Notes: generated from the sequence alone by a model not told the origin. 64,000 nucleotides of DNA from Kiritimatiellia bacterium (GCA_050949565.1 JBMNFY010000017.1:448001-512000); one strand, 5' to 3'. Numbered from the stretch's first letter, positions 19,945 to 29,654 are shown. Program-made: numbers and translations.

Positions 19945-21108
19945 CTACCGGGCTCGGCGTCGATAATCTCCGGGCGTTTGACCACACTTGCGCCTGAAAA
20001 TGGACGAAAGATATTGCGCATGACAGAACCCCGCGCGCCGGGCGATCTCGCCCAGCGGCAGATCGGTGGTGGCGAGCAGCGTCCGGGCGGTATTGACCCG
20101 AACACGCAAGATCTCATTGTGGACGCTGCGCCCCACCTCCCGCCTGAAATGGGTGTCCAACGTGGAACGCGAGACGCCGATCGCCCTTGCAACCTGAGAC
20201 ACACCGATCCCGTCACACGCCTGCTGGCGGATCACACGCAGCGCATCTGCCACCACCCGATTCGATGTCGCGATCAGATCCGTCGATGCGCGTTCCACAA
20301 TCGTAACGGGATCAACCAAGATATGAGTGACCTGCTGATTGCGGCGGTGCATGAGTGCGTTGAGCAACCGCGCGGCGCGATAACCGATCTCCTCAGTCCC
20401 CTGCACGATACTGGAAAGCGACGGCGTTGCCAGTTCGCAGATCAATTCGTCATTGTCGACCCCCAGCACGACGACATCATCGGGCACGCTGAAGCCGAAG
20501 CGGCGGCACGCCTCCAGCACATGACGCGCCCGCATGTCGTTCGCGGCCAACACGCCGACCGGCTTGGGCAGCGGGTCGAGCCAAGCCCTGATCGCCTCCT
20601 GCAACTGCTCCCAACTGTGCGACGGCTTATAGCGCGCGCTGAAAACAGAGCAGGCGTGCCCCTGGGCCTCCACCCGCTGCGCGAAGGTCTCTTGGCGTTC
20701 GCGGTTCCACGGATCGATGGTGGTCGCCGGCACCCCGCAGTACCCGAAACTGTGCAGGCCGAGCCGCATCAGGTAATCGGCCGCCAACTCCGCGATCTTG
20801 CGGTTGTGAGTGCCGACAGTGGAGACCGTAAGATTGAGCGAGCAGTTGGATTCGATGCCGCCGATGCCGACGACCGGCATCGTGAGTCCGGCCACCTGCC
20901 GTGGTATGCGCGGATCATCCAGGTCGGCGATAACCCCGTCGAAATGACCGCGTCTGAAATCGGGAATCTTGGCGGTGGGATCATCCTCCAGAAACACGCT
21001 CCACGAGCCGGACTCATGCACGAAGCGGGTCACGCCCTCGATCACCTTGCGATCGAAGCGCTTGTTAAGGCTGAGCACCAAGGCAACATGTTGGGCACGG
21101 CGCGCCAT
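19945..21108 (-). CDS. xylR: XylR-type transcriptional regulator (LacI-like sensor plus AraC HTH)
   Basis: LPKPVGVLAAND, VPDDVVVLGVDNDELIC, PSLSSI and a C-terminal AraC motif IARRAGF....YLSSIFRRKCGQTP. Confidence 0.85.
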   Translation of the reverse strand: MARRAQHVALVLSLNKRFDRKVIEGVTRFVHESGSWSVFLEDDPTAKIPDFRRGHFDGVIADLDDPRIPRQVAGLTMPVVGIGGIESNCSLNLTVSTVGTHNRKIAELAADYLMRLGLHSFGYCGVPATTIDPWNRERQETFAQRVEAQGHACSVFSARYKPSHSWEQLQEAIRAWLDPLPKPVGVLAANDMRARHVLEACRRFGFSVPDDVVVLGVDNDELICELATPSLSSIVQGTEEIGYRAARLLNALMHRRNQQVTHILVDPVTIVERASTDLIATSNRVVADALRVIRQQACDGIGVSQVARAIGVSRSTLDTHFRREVGRSVHNEILRVRVNTARTLLATTDLPLGEIARRAGFCHAQYLSSIFRRKCGQTPGDYRRRAR

Positions 21109-21126
21109 CGCGGTCCTCCCCCTGAA

Positions 21127-22149
21127 TCATGCACCGGCCCGAATAATCAGCGCCAGCCCCGCCACAAAAAGGATAAACATGGCGGTATTCAACTGATGCG
21201 CAACTTTCGGCGCGCCCTTGAACTCTTTCCAGATCAAGATGCCCCACAAGGCGGCCACCAGCGTGGCACCCTGACCGAGGCCGTACGAAATGGCAGCCCC
21301 CGCTTTGCCCGAAGCGATCAGGCTCAGCGCCATGCCGATGTTCCAGATCGTGCCGCCGAGGATGCCGACCGCATGCAGCCGCGGACTGCCCAGTTTGAAG
21401 TAGGATGAGAGTGGCACCGGCTCCCCCCGCACCGGCTTGAGCGAAGCAATCGTATTCCAAATGAAGTTTGAGACAAACAGGCCGACGGCAAACACCACCA
21501 GCGCCGTGTACGGCGTCATCAGGCCCGCTTCGGGTTGCGCGAAGTTCTTGACCATGCCCCTTGAAACCAGCCCGAAGAACCCCGCGCCCATCAGCACACC
21601 AGCTATCACCGAAATCACGAGGCCGAGACCGGTTCCCTCTCCTTGCGGACGGCTCTCGTCGGCTGCGGCACGTTTCTTGTAAGCCAGCGCGTTGAAGATG
21701 ATGGCCAGCGTCACCAGACCGACGCCCGTGAACAACAGCACAGGATCGCCTTTGGGGTTGAACCAATAGGTCTGGATCACGCCCAGCACCAGCGCCAGCC
21801 CGACGCCTATCGGGAATGCCACGGCAAGCCCCGCCAGATCAATCGCGATCACCAAGAGGATGTTCGACAGATTGAACAGCACGCCGCCGAGAAAAGCCAA
21901 CGCGAGATGATTCATCTCAGCCTGGCGAATGTCAGCAAGAAAACTGCGGCCTTGCGACCCTATGCTGCCCAGCGTGAACGCGATCAACAGCGAGCTGAGC
22001 AGAATGCCCAGTCCGTAATCCCAGTAAAACAACTGATACTTCCACGCTTTGCTCGCCGACAGTTTCTGTGTGTTGCCCCACGATCCCCAGCACAGCATCG
22101 TCACCACGCAGAAGATCACCGCCACCGCATAATTCTCAACGAAAAACAT
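21127..22149 (-). CDS. GRP-family (DMT superfamily) sugar/ribose permease
   Basis: About 10 TM segments; CWGSWGNTQKL, QLFYWDY, AISYGLGQGATLVAALWG. Confidence 0.85.
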   Translation of the reverse strand: MFFVENYAVAVIFCVVTMLCWGSWGNTQKLSASKAWKYQLFYWDYGLGILLSSLLIAFTLGSIGSQGRSFLADIRQAEMNHLALAFLGGVLFNLSNILLVIAIDLAGLAVAFPIGVGLALVLGVIQTYWFNPKGDPVLLFTGVGLVTLAIIFNALAYKKRAAADESRPQGEGTGLGLVISVIAGVLMGAGFFGLVSRGMVKNFAQPEAGLMTPYTALVVFAVGLFVSNFIWNTIASLKPVRGEPVPLSSYFKLGSPRLHAVGILGGTIWNIGMALSLIASGKAGAAISYGLGQGATLVAALWGILIWKEFKGAPKVAHQLNTAMFILFVAGLALIIRAGA

Positions 22150-22161
22150 ACCTACCTCCTT

Positions 22162-23064
22162 CTAACCAACCAACTCCTCCCGTCTCGGCGCAGACGCCTG
22201 CGCCCCCATGCGTGTCACTGAAATCGACGCCGCCTTCGACGCAAAGCGCACCGCCTCCTCCAGTTCCAACTCCTCCGTCAACGCCACGGCCAGCGCACCG
22301 TTAAAGACATCGCCCGCCGCCGTGGTGTCCACCGCCTCGACCTTAAAAGCCGGGACCATGACACCGTCCTCCCCGTCGAAAACGTATGCGCCTTTGGCAC
22401 CCATCGTGATCACGACATTCAGCACGCCCTTGTCACACAGCACCCGGGCGGCCGCCTCGGCGCTCGCCTCGTCCGTGACCTTGATGTTTGTCAGCAGTTC
22501 CGCCTCGCTCTCATTCGGCGTGATGACCTCAAGACAGTCATAAAGATCGGACGGCAGTTCACACGCAGGCGCGGGATTCAAAATAACCGGCACGCCCAGA
22601 TTGACAGCCACATCAGCCGCATATCGAACCGTCTCCAGCGGCGTCTCAAGCTGCATCAAAAGCAGATCGGACTGGGCGATGACGCCCTCCAGCCCTTCGA
22701 TGTCCTCGGGCATCAGTGTTCCGTTCGCACCCGACGCCACCGCAATGCAGTTTTCACCTTTGGCATCCACCATGATCAGCGCGACGCCAGACGGCTCGGA
22801 CGGATCGGTCAGCACGTAATCCGTGCAGATGTTCTCTTTGGCGAAGAGCGCCTTCGCCTCGCGGCCGAACAGATCATCGCCGACTTTTGCGATAAAGACC
22901 ACCTCAGCGCCCAGACGCGCCGCAGCCACGGCCTGATTCGCTCCCTTGCCCCCTGGGTTCATCAGGAAGCGTCCGCCCAAGATCGTTTCACCCGGCGCTG
23001 GGATCCGCGCCGCCTTCACCACCATGTCGGTGTTGGTACTACCCACAACAACAATCCGCTTCAT
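22162..23064 (-). CDS. rbsK: Ribokinase
   Basis: VVGSTNTD, PGGKGANQAVAAARLG, PNESE, DTTAAGD; GGAGG RBS before ATG 23064. Confidence 0.95.
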   Translation of the reverse strand: MKRIVVVGSTNTDMVVKAARIPAPGETILGGRFLMNPGGKGANQAVAAARLGAEVVFIAKVGDDLFGREAKALFAKENICTDYVLTDPSEPSGVALIMVDAKGENCIAVASGANGTLMPEDIEGLEGVIAQSDLLLMQLETPLETVRYAADVAVNLGVPVILNPAPACELPSDLYDCLEVITPNESEAELLTNIKVTDEASAEAAARVLCDKGVLNVVITMGAKGAYVFDGEDGVMVPAFKVEAVDTTAAGDVFNGALAVALTEELELEEAVRFASKAASISVTRMGAQASAPRREELVG

Positions 23065-23110
23065 CCTTCCTCCTGTCCGTTTCCAATGCCCGGCGTCAGA
23101 CATCCGACGC

Positions 23111-24802
23111 TCACCGTTTAGCATTCCTGATCTCCACGCCGCCCCAATAGGCCGCCTCCCACGACCAACCGTCAGGCTGGTTCACCAGTTCAACCGTCAC
23201 CGTCTGGCCGGCAAAGGTAGCAAGGTCGATCGAGACTGTCTGCCATGCGGGCGGGCCTTCGATCTTTTTACGGATGACTTCACGACCGTCAACCCGTGCG
23301 ATAAAGGTGAAATCACCTCGATCATGGTTTGCGAGCAGCACGTCGAGCTTCGGCACGCCATCCTTCGGTACGGCGATGGCCTTCGATAGCGTGACGCCCG
23401 TGGTCTTGTCTAGCGGGTGGGTCATCACCACATGCTGCCGGCCCAGATACTCGGCGCGGTAGCCGGGCTCCATGTCCTTCCCGTTGGGCGTACACGTCCA
23501 GCCGGGCAGCAGGGCGTCCAACGCCCCCTGCACACGACGGGTCGGATCGTCGCCCCCCACATCCGCAGGATGCGCCTTGAAGCGGATTTTCGCGTACTCT
23601 TCCTCCGTAAAGCGCGAACCTGCGATCGGGCCGGGCGCCCAGCTCAACATCAACGGACCGGGCTGCGCCGGACGGACAGGGATCACGAACCACTCCTTGC
23701 CATCCGCGTCGCGTTCGATCCGTCCGCCCTGCTGCACCACCGTCTGCCGTGCCAGACGCTCGCAAACATCCAGCAGCGCCGGCACGTTGTAGGCGGTGTA
23801 GGAAAACTTCGGTTCGAGCTTCAGTTCCTTTGTGTAGTGGGCGGGCAGCTTAGAGAAGCCGATCATCGTGCCGACCACGCCCGCAGCGCTCGACGGATTG
23901 CAGTCCGAATCATAACCGCCGCGCATGGAGATCACCACCGTTTGTTCCATATCCCCGCGTCCGTACAGCAGCCCGAGCAGAACCATCGCGCCGTTGATCT
24001 TCACATCAATCGCGCCGTTGGAGGCTTTTTGATACGCCGGATCCTTGCGGTATTTCTGCAGGCAGCGCTGCCAAGCGAGCGTCCAGTCCTGCGGCGCCTC
24101 ACGATGCCAGTTCACCAAGTCGCGCACCATCTCGGCATATTGGCTGTCGGCAGGAATGCAGGCCAGTCCTGCCGCGATGACCTTGTGCAGGTCGCTCTCA
24201 AAGAACGCCTCGGCATACATCCCGCCCATAAACTGGCCCCCGTACACACCGTCGCCATAGTTCATGAGCCGACCGAACTTCTCGCCCAACGCGATGACCG
24301 AGGCCGGCATCCCGGGCGAGATGAGCCCGGCGAAGTCCGCCTCGATCTGGTAGTCGATGTCATTCGGGCGGGAGTTGAAATGCGGGTGTGACGAATCCGG
24401 CGGTGCGATACCCCTGCGCAGATTCCTGCGGCCTGCGTCATTGGCGCACCAGAGTTGGTACTCGCTGTTGGCAAAATCGATGCCCGCCTGACGGATATCC
24501 ACATCCAGACCGTACTGCTCCAGAGAGCGCAAGAAGGTCATTTCCACATAGAGATCGTCCTCCCCGAAGGCATGGTTAATCATTTCCGGCTTCCAGACCG
24601 GCACCTTTTCTTGCGGGATGATCACATCGTTGAACTTGAATTCCGTCGGCGCGCCCCACGCCACACCGATGATCTGCCCGATCCAACCGCCCTTCATGCG
24701 GTCGCGGTAGTCATCAAGCGACAGCCTGCGTTCTCCCTGTCCCCACGCCGTCCCTGCCAGCCACACCCCACAAACGATCCACAGCAAAACATTTCGCGCC
24801 AC
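23111..24802 (-). CDS. Secreted ADP-ribosylglycohydrolase-family protein with C-terminal extension
   Basis: GGWIGQIIGVAWGAPTEF, EDDLYVEMTF, DIDYQIEAD, GYDSDCNPSSAAG. GTG start at 24802 follows AAAGGAG. Confidence 0.82.
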   Translation of the reverse strand: MARNVLLWIVCGVWLAGTAWGQGERRLSLDDYRDRMKGGWIGQIIGVAWGAPTEFKFNDVIIPQEKVPVWKPEMINHAFGEDDLYVEMTFLRSLEQYGLDVDIRQAGIDFANSEYQLWCANDAGRRNLRRGIAPPDSSHPHFNSRPNDIDYQIEADFAGLISPGMPASVIALGEKFGRLMNYGDGVYGGQFMGGMYAEAFFESDLHKVIAAGLACIPADSQYAEMVRDLVNWHREAPQDWTLAWQRCLQKYRKDPAYQKASNGAIDVKINGAMVLLGLLYGRGDMEQTVVISMRGGYDSDCNPSSAAGVVGTMIGFSKLPAHYTKELKLEPKFSYTAYNVPALLDVCERLARQTVVQQGGRIERDADGKEWFVIPVRPAQPGPLMLSWAPGPIAGSRFTEEEYAKIRFKAHPADVGGDDPTRRVQGALDALLPGWTCTPNGKDMEPGYRAEYLGRQHVVMTHPLDKTTGVTLSKAIAVPKDGVPKLDVLLANHDRGDFTFIARVDGREVIRKKIEGPPAWQTVSIDLATFAGQTVTVELVNQPDGWSWEAAYWGGVEIRNAKR

Positions 24803-24974
24803 GCCGACACTCTCCTTTGGTAGCTCAAAAGTTATCGTTTCCCTTGTACGGCGATATTGTGCCGTATTAGTGGCGAACAAACAAGGTCCATCTCCTGAAA
24901 GCGTCCTTGTTTCTGCAGGGCGGTCAGGGTATACTCGACGCTCTTTTTTAACTCTTTTGACGGACGACGAAACC

Positions 24975-25955
24975 ATGAGGATTTTATCGGGTATCCAGCC
25001 CTCGGGCAAACTGCATTTAGGAAACTATTTCGGCATGATGCGACCTGCCTTGCAACTTCAAGAGCAGGGCGAGGCGTATCTTTTTATTGCGAACTATCAC
25101 GCGCTGACCTCTCTGCATGACCGCGAACAGCTCATGCAGGGCACTTGGGACGTCGCGCTCGACTTTCTGGCCTGCGGACTTGATCCGGAGCGCACGGTTT
25201 TCTTCCGTCAGAGCGACGTTCCGGAGGTACACGAACTGACATGGCTGCTCTCGATCGTGACGCCTATGGGGCTGCTGGAGCGTTGCCACTCTTACAAGGA
25301 CAAAACCGCTAGGGGCATCGCAGCGTCACACGGGCTGTTCGCCTATCCGGTGCTCATGGCGGCGGACATCCTCCTCTACCAATCAAATGTGGTGCCGGTG
25401 GGACGCGACCAGAAGCAGCACGTCGAGGTCACGCGCGACATCGCCATCAAATTCAACAACGAGTTCGGCGAGGTTTTCACGATTCCGGAGCCCTCGATTC
25501 CGGACGAGGTGGCGGTGGTGCCCGGACTGGACGGGCAGAAGATGTCGAAGAGCTACGGCAACACGATCGAGCTCTTTGGCGACATAAAAGAGACCAAGGC
25601 GCGCATCATGAGGATCGTCACCGACAGTAAGGGGCTTGAAGACCCCAAGGATCCGGCGACCTGCAACGTGTTCGCGCTCTACAAACTCTTCGCCAGCGAC
25701 GCGCAACGGCAGGAGATGGAAGCCAACTATCGCGGCGGGAACTACGGATATGGTCACGCCAAAAAGGCATTGGCCGCGATATTTGAAGAGACCTTCGAGC
25801 CGTTCCGCGCGCGCCGGGCTGAGTTGCAGGCCAATCCCGACTATGTGGAAGAGGTGCTGCGTAAAGGGGCCGAACGCGCACGCGCAGAAGCTACCAAGAC
25901 TTTGGATCGCGCACGCGACGCGGTAGGGCTGTCGTCGCTCGCAGGAAGAGCCTGA
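24975..25955 (+). CDS. trpS: Tryptophan--tRNA ligase
   Basis: SGIQPSG, HLGN, YPVLMAADIL, VPVGRDQKQH, KMSKS. Confidence 0.97.
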   Translation: MRILSGIQPSGKLHLGNYFGMMRPALQLQEQGEAYLFIANYHALTSLHDREQLMQGTWDVALDFLACGLDPERTVFFRQSDVPEVHELTWLLSIVTPMGLLERCHSYKDKTARGIAASHGLFAYPVLMAADILLYQSNVVPVGRDQKQHVEVTRDIAIKFNNEFGEVFTIPEPSIPDEVAVVPGLDGQKMSKSYGNTIELFGDIKETKARIMRIVTDSKGLEDPKDPATCNVFALYKLFASDAQRQEMEANYRGGNYGYGHAKKALAAIFEETFEPFRARRAELQANPDYVEEVLRKGAERARAEATKTLDRARDAVGLSSLAGRA

Positions 25956-25958
25956 ACG

Positions 25959-26774
25959 ATGGCACTTGATGCATTGTTGGCCGACGACTACAAGGTCGAT
26001 CTGGAGGTGTTTGAAGGGCCTCTCGATCTCCTGCTCTATCTGATTCGGCGCGAAGAGGTCGATATCTACGATATCCCGATTGAGCGGATCACGGCGCAGT
26101 ACATGGCGTATCTCGACGTCATGCGTATTCTGGATCTCAACATCGCCGGCGAATTTCTGGTCATGGCCGCCACGCTGATGATGATCAAGAGCCGGATGCT
26201 GCTGCCGGTCGAGTCGCGTTCCACCGACGAGCCGCTTGACGAGGAATGGATCGACCCGCGGTTGGATCTGGTGCGCCAACTCGTCGAGTACAAGAAGTTC
26301 AAGGACGCCGCTGACCGCCTGCTTGAATTCGAGGCGCTGCAGCATGAGGTGTTCACATTCGGCGGCGACAGGCCGGTGTTTGAAAAAACCTCGGTTGATG
26401 TCGGTCAGGCACTCGGCGACATCGGGCTTTTCGACCTACTGACCGCCTTCCAAGAAGTGCTGTCGCGTGCACCGGCCGAACCGTTCGGGCATCTGGAACC
26501 GATCCTCTGGTCGGTCCCGGACAAGATGGAGGTGATCAGCACGAAGTTGCGCGACCAGCGTCGCTTGGAGTTTTCCAAGCTCTTCAATCCCGAGTCGCAC
26601 CGCAACGAGGTGATCGCCACTTTTCTGGCGTTGCTGGAACTGCTGCGTTTGCGCCAGATCCGGATCCAGCAGAACGCCGCGTTTCACGAAATTCTGATTT
26701 TGCCGATAGAGGATGCCGCGGGCAAGCCGCTGCTACCGACATCAAACGAAGGAGCCGAGCATGTCGAATCCTGA
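25959..26774 (+). CDS. scpA: Segregation/condensation protein A (kleisin)
   Basis: FEGPLDLLLYLI, EFLVMAATL..IKSRMLLP, TFLALLEL. Confidence 0.95.
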   Translation: MALDALLADDYKVDLEVFEGPLDLLLYLIRREEVDIYDIPIERITAQYMAYLDVMRILDLNIAGEFLVMAATLMMIKSRMLLPVESRSTDEPLDEEWIDPRLDLVRQLVEYKKFKDAADRLLEFEALQHEVFTFGGDRPVFEKTSVDVGQALGDIGLFDLLTAFQEVLSRAPAEPFGHLEPILWSVPDKMEVISTKLRDQRRLEFSKLFNPESHRNEVIATFLALLELLRLRQIRIQQNAAFHEILILPIEDAAGKPLLPTSNEGAEHVES

Positions 26775-27570
26775 AAAGGTCAAACTGCCGTTGGCATCGA
26801 GTCTGCAACAGGTAGTCGGCGCGCTGCTTTTCGGCGCTGACCATCCGCTTACGGTCGAAGAGATCCGCACCTGCCTAAAGAGCGTGGCGGAGCAAGAGGG
26901 CGAGGAGAGCGAAACGGCCTCGCTGTTCGCTGAAGCTTCGCCGCGCGAGATCAGCGATGCCATTGAGAGCATCGCTAAGGAGCTGTCACGTCTGGAATTG
27001 GGCGTTGAAGTAGCGGAGATCGGCGGCGGGTTCCGCTATCAGACGCAGCCGAGCTGCGGACGCTGGGTGCGTAACTTGCTGAAGCAGGACCGCCCGAACA
27101 CGTTGTCGCGTCCGGCGCTGGAGACGCTCGCGATCATCGCGTACCGGCAGCCGGTCGCCAAGTCGGAGATCGAAGCGATTCGCGGCGTGTCGGTTGACCA
27201 TGTCGTGAAAGCGCTGATGGAGTTGCATCTGATCCGCATTGTCGGGCGCAGCGAGTTGCCCGGGCGTCCTTTCCTTTACGGCACGACCGCGAGCTTTTTG
27301 AATCACTTCGGCTTGAGCAGTCTCAAAGAGCTGAACGAGTTGGATCCCACGTTGCAGCGCTCGAAGCCCAGCGAACGCAAGGCCGCTCATACGAGAAAGA
27401 AAAAGTCTGACAGAGACGCCGTTGAGGAAACCCCGCTGTTCGCAGCACGCGACGAGGCGACCCCTGATGCAGCGCCAGAGCCGACCGACGCCGTGAAGGA
27501 GATTTTGGGCGGCGATGAATCGGCCGACGCCGAACCCGTGTTTGAAGAAGAGGAGAGAGAGGAAGCATAG
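26761..27570 (+). CDS. scpB: SMC-Scp complex subunit ScpB
   Basis: LSRPALETLAIIAYRQPV, IEAIRGV, PGRPFLYGTT..FL..FGL; overlaps the scpA end. Confidence 0.95.
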   Translation: MSNPEKVKLPLASSLQQVVGALLFGADHPLTVEEIRTCLKSVAEQEGEESETASLFAEASPREISDAIESIAKELSRLELGVEVAEIGGGFRYQTQPSCGRWVRNLLKQDRPNTLSRPALETLAIIAYRQPVAKSEIEAIRGVSVDHVVKALMELHLIRIVGRSELPGRPFLYGTTASFLNHFGLSSLKELNELDPTLQRSKPSERKAAHTRKKKSDRDAVEETPLFAARDEATPDAAPEPTDAVKEILGGDESADAEPVFEEEEREEA

Positions 27571-27575
27571 CGACG

Positions 27576-28325
27576 ATGCCTTTTTTGAAAAAGATTCCTC
27601 GGCCGGAAACGTTCCGGGATTTCAGCGAACCGAATGCGTTCAAGATATGGATGAAGTGGGCGATGGGTGTAGCTGTTGTAGCCTGCGTCGGCGGCTTGCT
27701 GATCTGTGCCAGCATGGAGGGCTGCCGTAAGGGACAGCCAGCGCCCGACGACCAGACGGCGGAGACGAAACCGAAGGTAGAAACGCCGAGCACGGAACCA
27801 GCGCCCGACCTGCACCGTCCGGTACGCGAGGCACCGGCCGCATTCCCGCCGGACTCCAATATGCCGCGCGGCAAAGAGATTTACGCTTCGGGTCCCATTG
27901 ACCTGGCGACGTTCGATCCCAAACGTGACTTGATGCGGTTTGAAGATCCGCGCGTCTGGTTTGAAAGCGACCACGCCAAAGACGATGACGACGAGGACGA
28001 CCACCTGATCCACCGCGCCATGGAGGTGCCGCTGCGGCGCTTAGTCAATCTAGTAGAGCAGAAAAAAGGCAAACTCAAGGTACAGGACGCCTTCCGGCAC
28101 GCCGCCAAAAACCGTATCCACATGGCACGGTCGCTACACTGCGAGGGCCGCGCGATTGACCTGACGTGCGAGGGCATGAGCCTGAGTGAGTTGGCCAAAC
28201 TCTGCTGGCAAGCCGGCTTCGATTTTGTGTTGTACGAGACCCCCCGCACCTCGGGCCCGCACCTGCACTGCTCGGTCAAACGTGCCCCCGACGCTCCCCT
28301 GCCGCCCCGCCCGGCGAAGAAATAG
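27576..28325 (+). CDS. Membrane-anchored Hedgehog-N-like / peptidase M15 (DD-peptidase fold) zinc protein
   Basis: SLHCEGRAIDL, LAKLCWQAGFDFVLYE and HLHCSVK match Hedgehog SLHYEGRAVDI, LARLAVEAGFDWVYYE and HIHCSVK. N-terminal TM and Pro-rich linker. Confidence 0.8.
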   Translation: MPFLKKIPRPETFRDFSEPNAFKIWMKWAMGVAVVACVGGLLICASMEGCRKGQPAPDDQTAETKPKVETPSTEPAPDLHRPVREAPAAFPPDSNMPRGKEIYASGPIDLATFDPKRDLMRFEDPRVWFESDHAKDDDDEDDHLIHRAMEVPLRRLVNLVEQKKGKLKVQDAFRHAAKNRIHMARSLHCEGRAIDLTCEGMSLSELAKLCWQAGFDFVLYETPRTSGPHLHCSVKRAPDAPLPPRPAKK

Positions 28326-28369
28326 AGGCCTCGGCACGTCGGAAGCGGACTCGCAAAGCTGTGGTCTCA

Positions 28370-28510
28370 GGTTTCATGGGTTTCAGGTTTCATCCGAATC
28401 GGGATCGGGATCGCTATCGCTATCGGGATCGATTGTTTAACCGCGGAACACACCGAACACACGGAAAGGCATGGTGCTGTTTCCGTGTGTTTAGTGTGTT
28501 CCGTGGTTCC
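28370..28510. repeat. Repeat mosaic: hexamer run plus inverted pair of triplicated motifs
   Basis: ATCGGG/ATCGCT x6 at 28398-28433. AACCGCGGAACACACCGAACACACGGAAA (28439-28467) pairs with 28480-28508 (26/29). Confidence 0.8.
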
Positions 28511-28726
28511 AATCAGAAATTGCGTTTTGCACCAAACGGGTGCGGCGAGAACCGCGACAAAACCCAATGTTTAAAGGCACTAAGGGACAGGTATTTTGAA
28601 CGTTGCGACAACCCACAGCCCGAGCGGTATATTCAAAGCAATCCGAGACTGGGGTAGTTCCCCTGCCTCTTGACGGAGAATGGGTTGCTGTCAGATTGAC
28701 GGTACGCAAAAACAAAGGAACAGAAA

Positions 28727-29644
28727 ATGACATTCAGAGACAAGGAGCAAAAACGAGGCGAGGCGTTGGTTAAGAGCGGTTTTTTTGACGGCGATACAGG
28801 AAACGGGAAGTTCAAAGGAAAGCGATACCCTTTTGTTCTTCAAGACGGACGATTTAACCTGTATCCCGGCATCAGAGATGAGGTCCTCGAATACTTTAAA
28901 CAAAATAACATTGCTTGGTGGGGCGGCAAGCATCCCACCGGTCATATTTTGTCGTCGCAGATAGCGTGTCTAAATCATCTATTTGCAATCAGAAATGAAA
29001 AAGACGCAGTTTTGAAGCTGTTAAAATCCGTATCGGATGATTTTGTGGATGTTTTCCCCATCCCGGAGAATCTCGAAGGGTATATTCAATTTGAAGCGGT
29101 AGGTGGCAAGGAGAACTTTCTAAACGAACGCAAAAACACGAGAGGCAGCAACTGTACCTCTGTGGATGCACTGATATGCGCCCGACACCGTGACGGTCGA
29201 AGATTCTTAATTCCAATTGAATGGAAGTATGTTGAAAAATATGGGAACAAAGATAAATCGACGGGAAGCAAAGGTGACGAACGAAAGGCGCGCTATCTTG
29301 ATTTAATTAAAAGTAGCCGATATTTGAATGAGCATACGCCGTCATACTGCTGGTTTGAGCCTTTTTATCAGCTCATGCGTCAAACACTTTGGGCCGAGCA
29401 GTTGTTAAAGCATCGGCCTACGGGATTTGAGGCGGATAATTATCTGCACTTGCACGTCGTTCCCGAAGACAATGCGGAATTGCTCGACAAATCTTATCCC
29501 TGTAGCAACAAGGGAATGATAGATACTTGGGAAAGTTGTCTAAATTATCCCGAAAAGTATACGGTGGTTCATCCAAACCAGTTGTGGAGCAAGCAATCAA
29601 AGGATACGGCCATCTACGAGTATTTGAGCAAACGGTATTGGTGA
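28727..29644 (+). CDS. Putative PD-(D/E)xK restriction-like endonuclease (PGN_0703-like family)
   Basis: AT-rich gene. HILSSQIACLN, TRGSNCTSVDA, IPIEWKYVE and FYQLMRQTL motifs. Confidence 0.72.
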   Translation: MTFRDKEQKRGEALVKSGFFDGDTGNGKFKGKRYPFVLQDGRFNLYPGIRDEVLEYFKQNNIAWWGGKHPTGHILSSQIACLNHLFAIRNEKDAVLKLLKSVSDDFVDVFPIPENLEGYIQFEAVGGKENFLNERKNTRGSNCTSVDALICARHRDGRRFLIPIEWKYVEKYGNKDKSTGSKGDERKARYLDLIKSSRYLNEHTPSYCWFEPFYQLMRQTLWAEQLLKHRPTGFEADNYLHLHVVPEDNAELLDKSYPCSNKGMIDTWESCLNYPEKYTVVHPNQLWSKQSKDTAIYEYLSKRYW

Positions 29645-29654
29645 GAGCACTGGG

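Noticed and set aside
24803-25009. N-terminal extensions of the ARH-like ORF (to 25009) and trpS (from 24870)
   Set aside because: They would overlap head-to-head. Better starts are GTG 24802 and ATG 24975. The gap is too short for a T-box leader and no T-box motif was seen.
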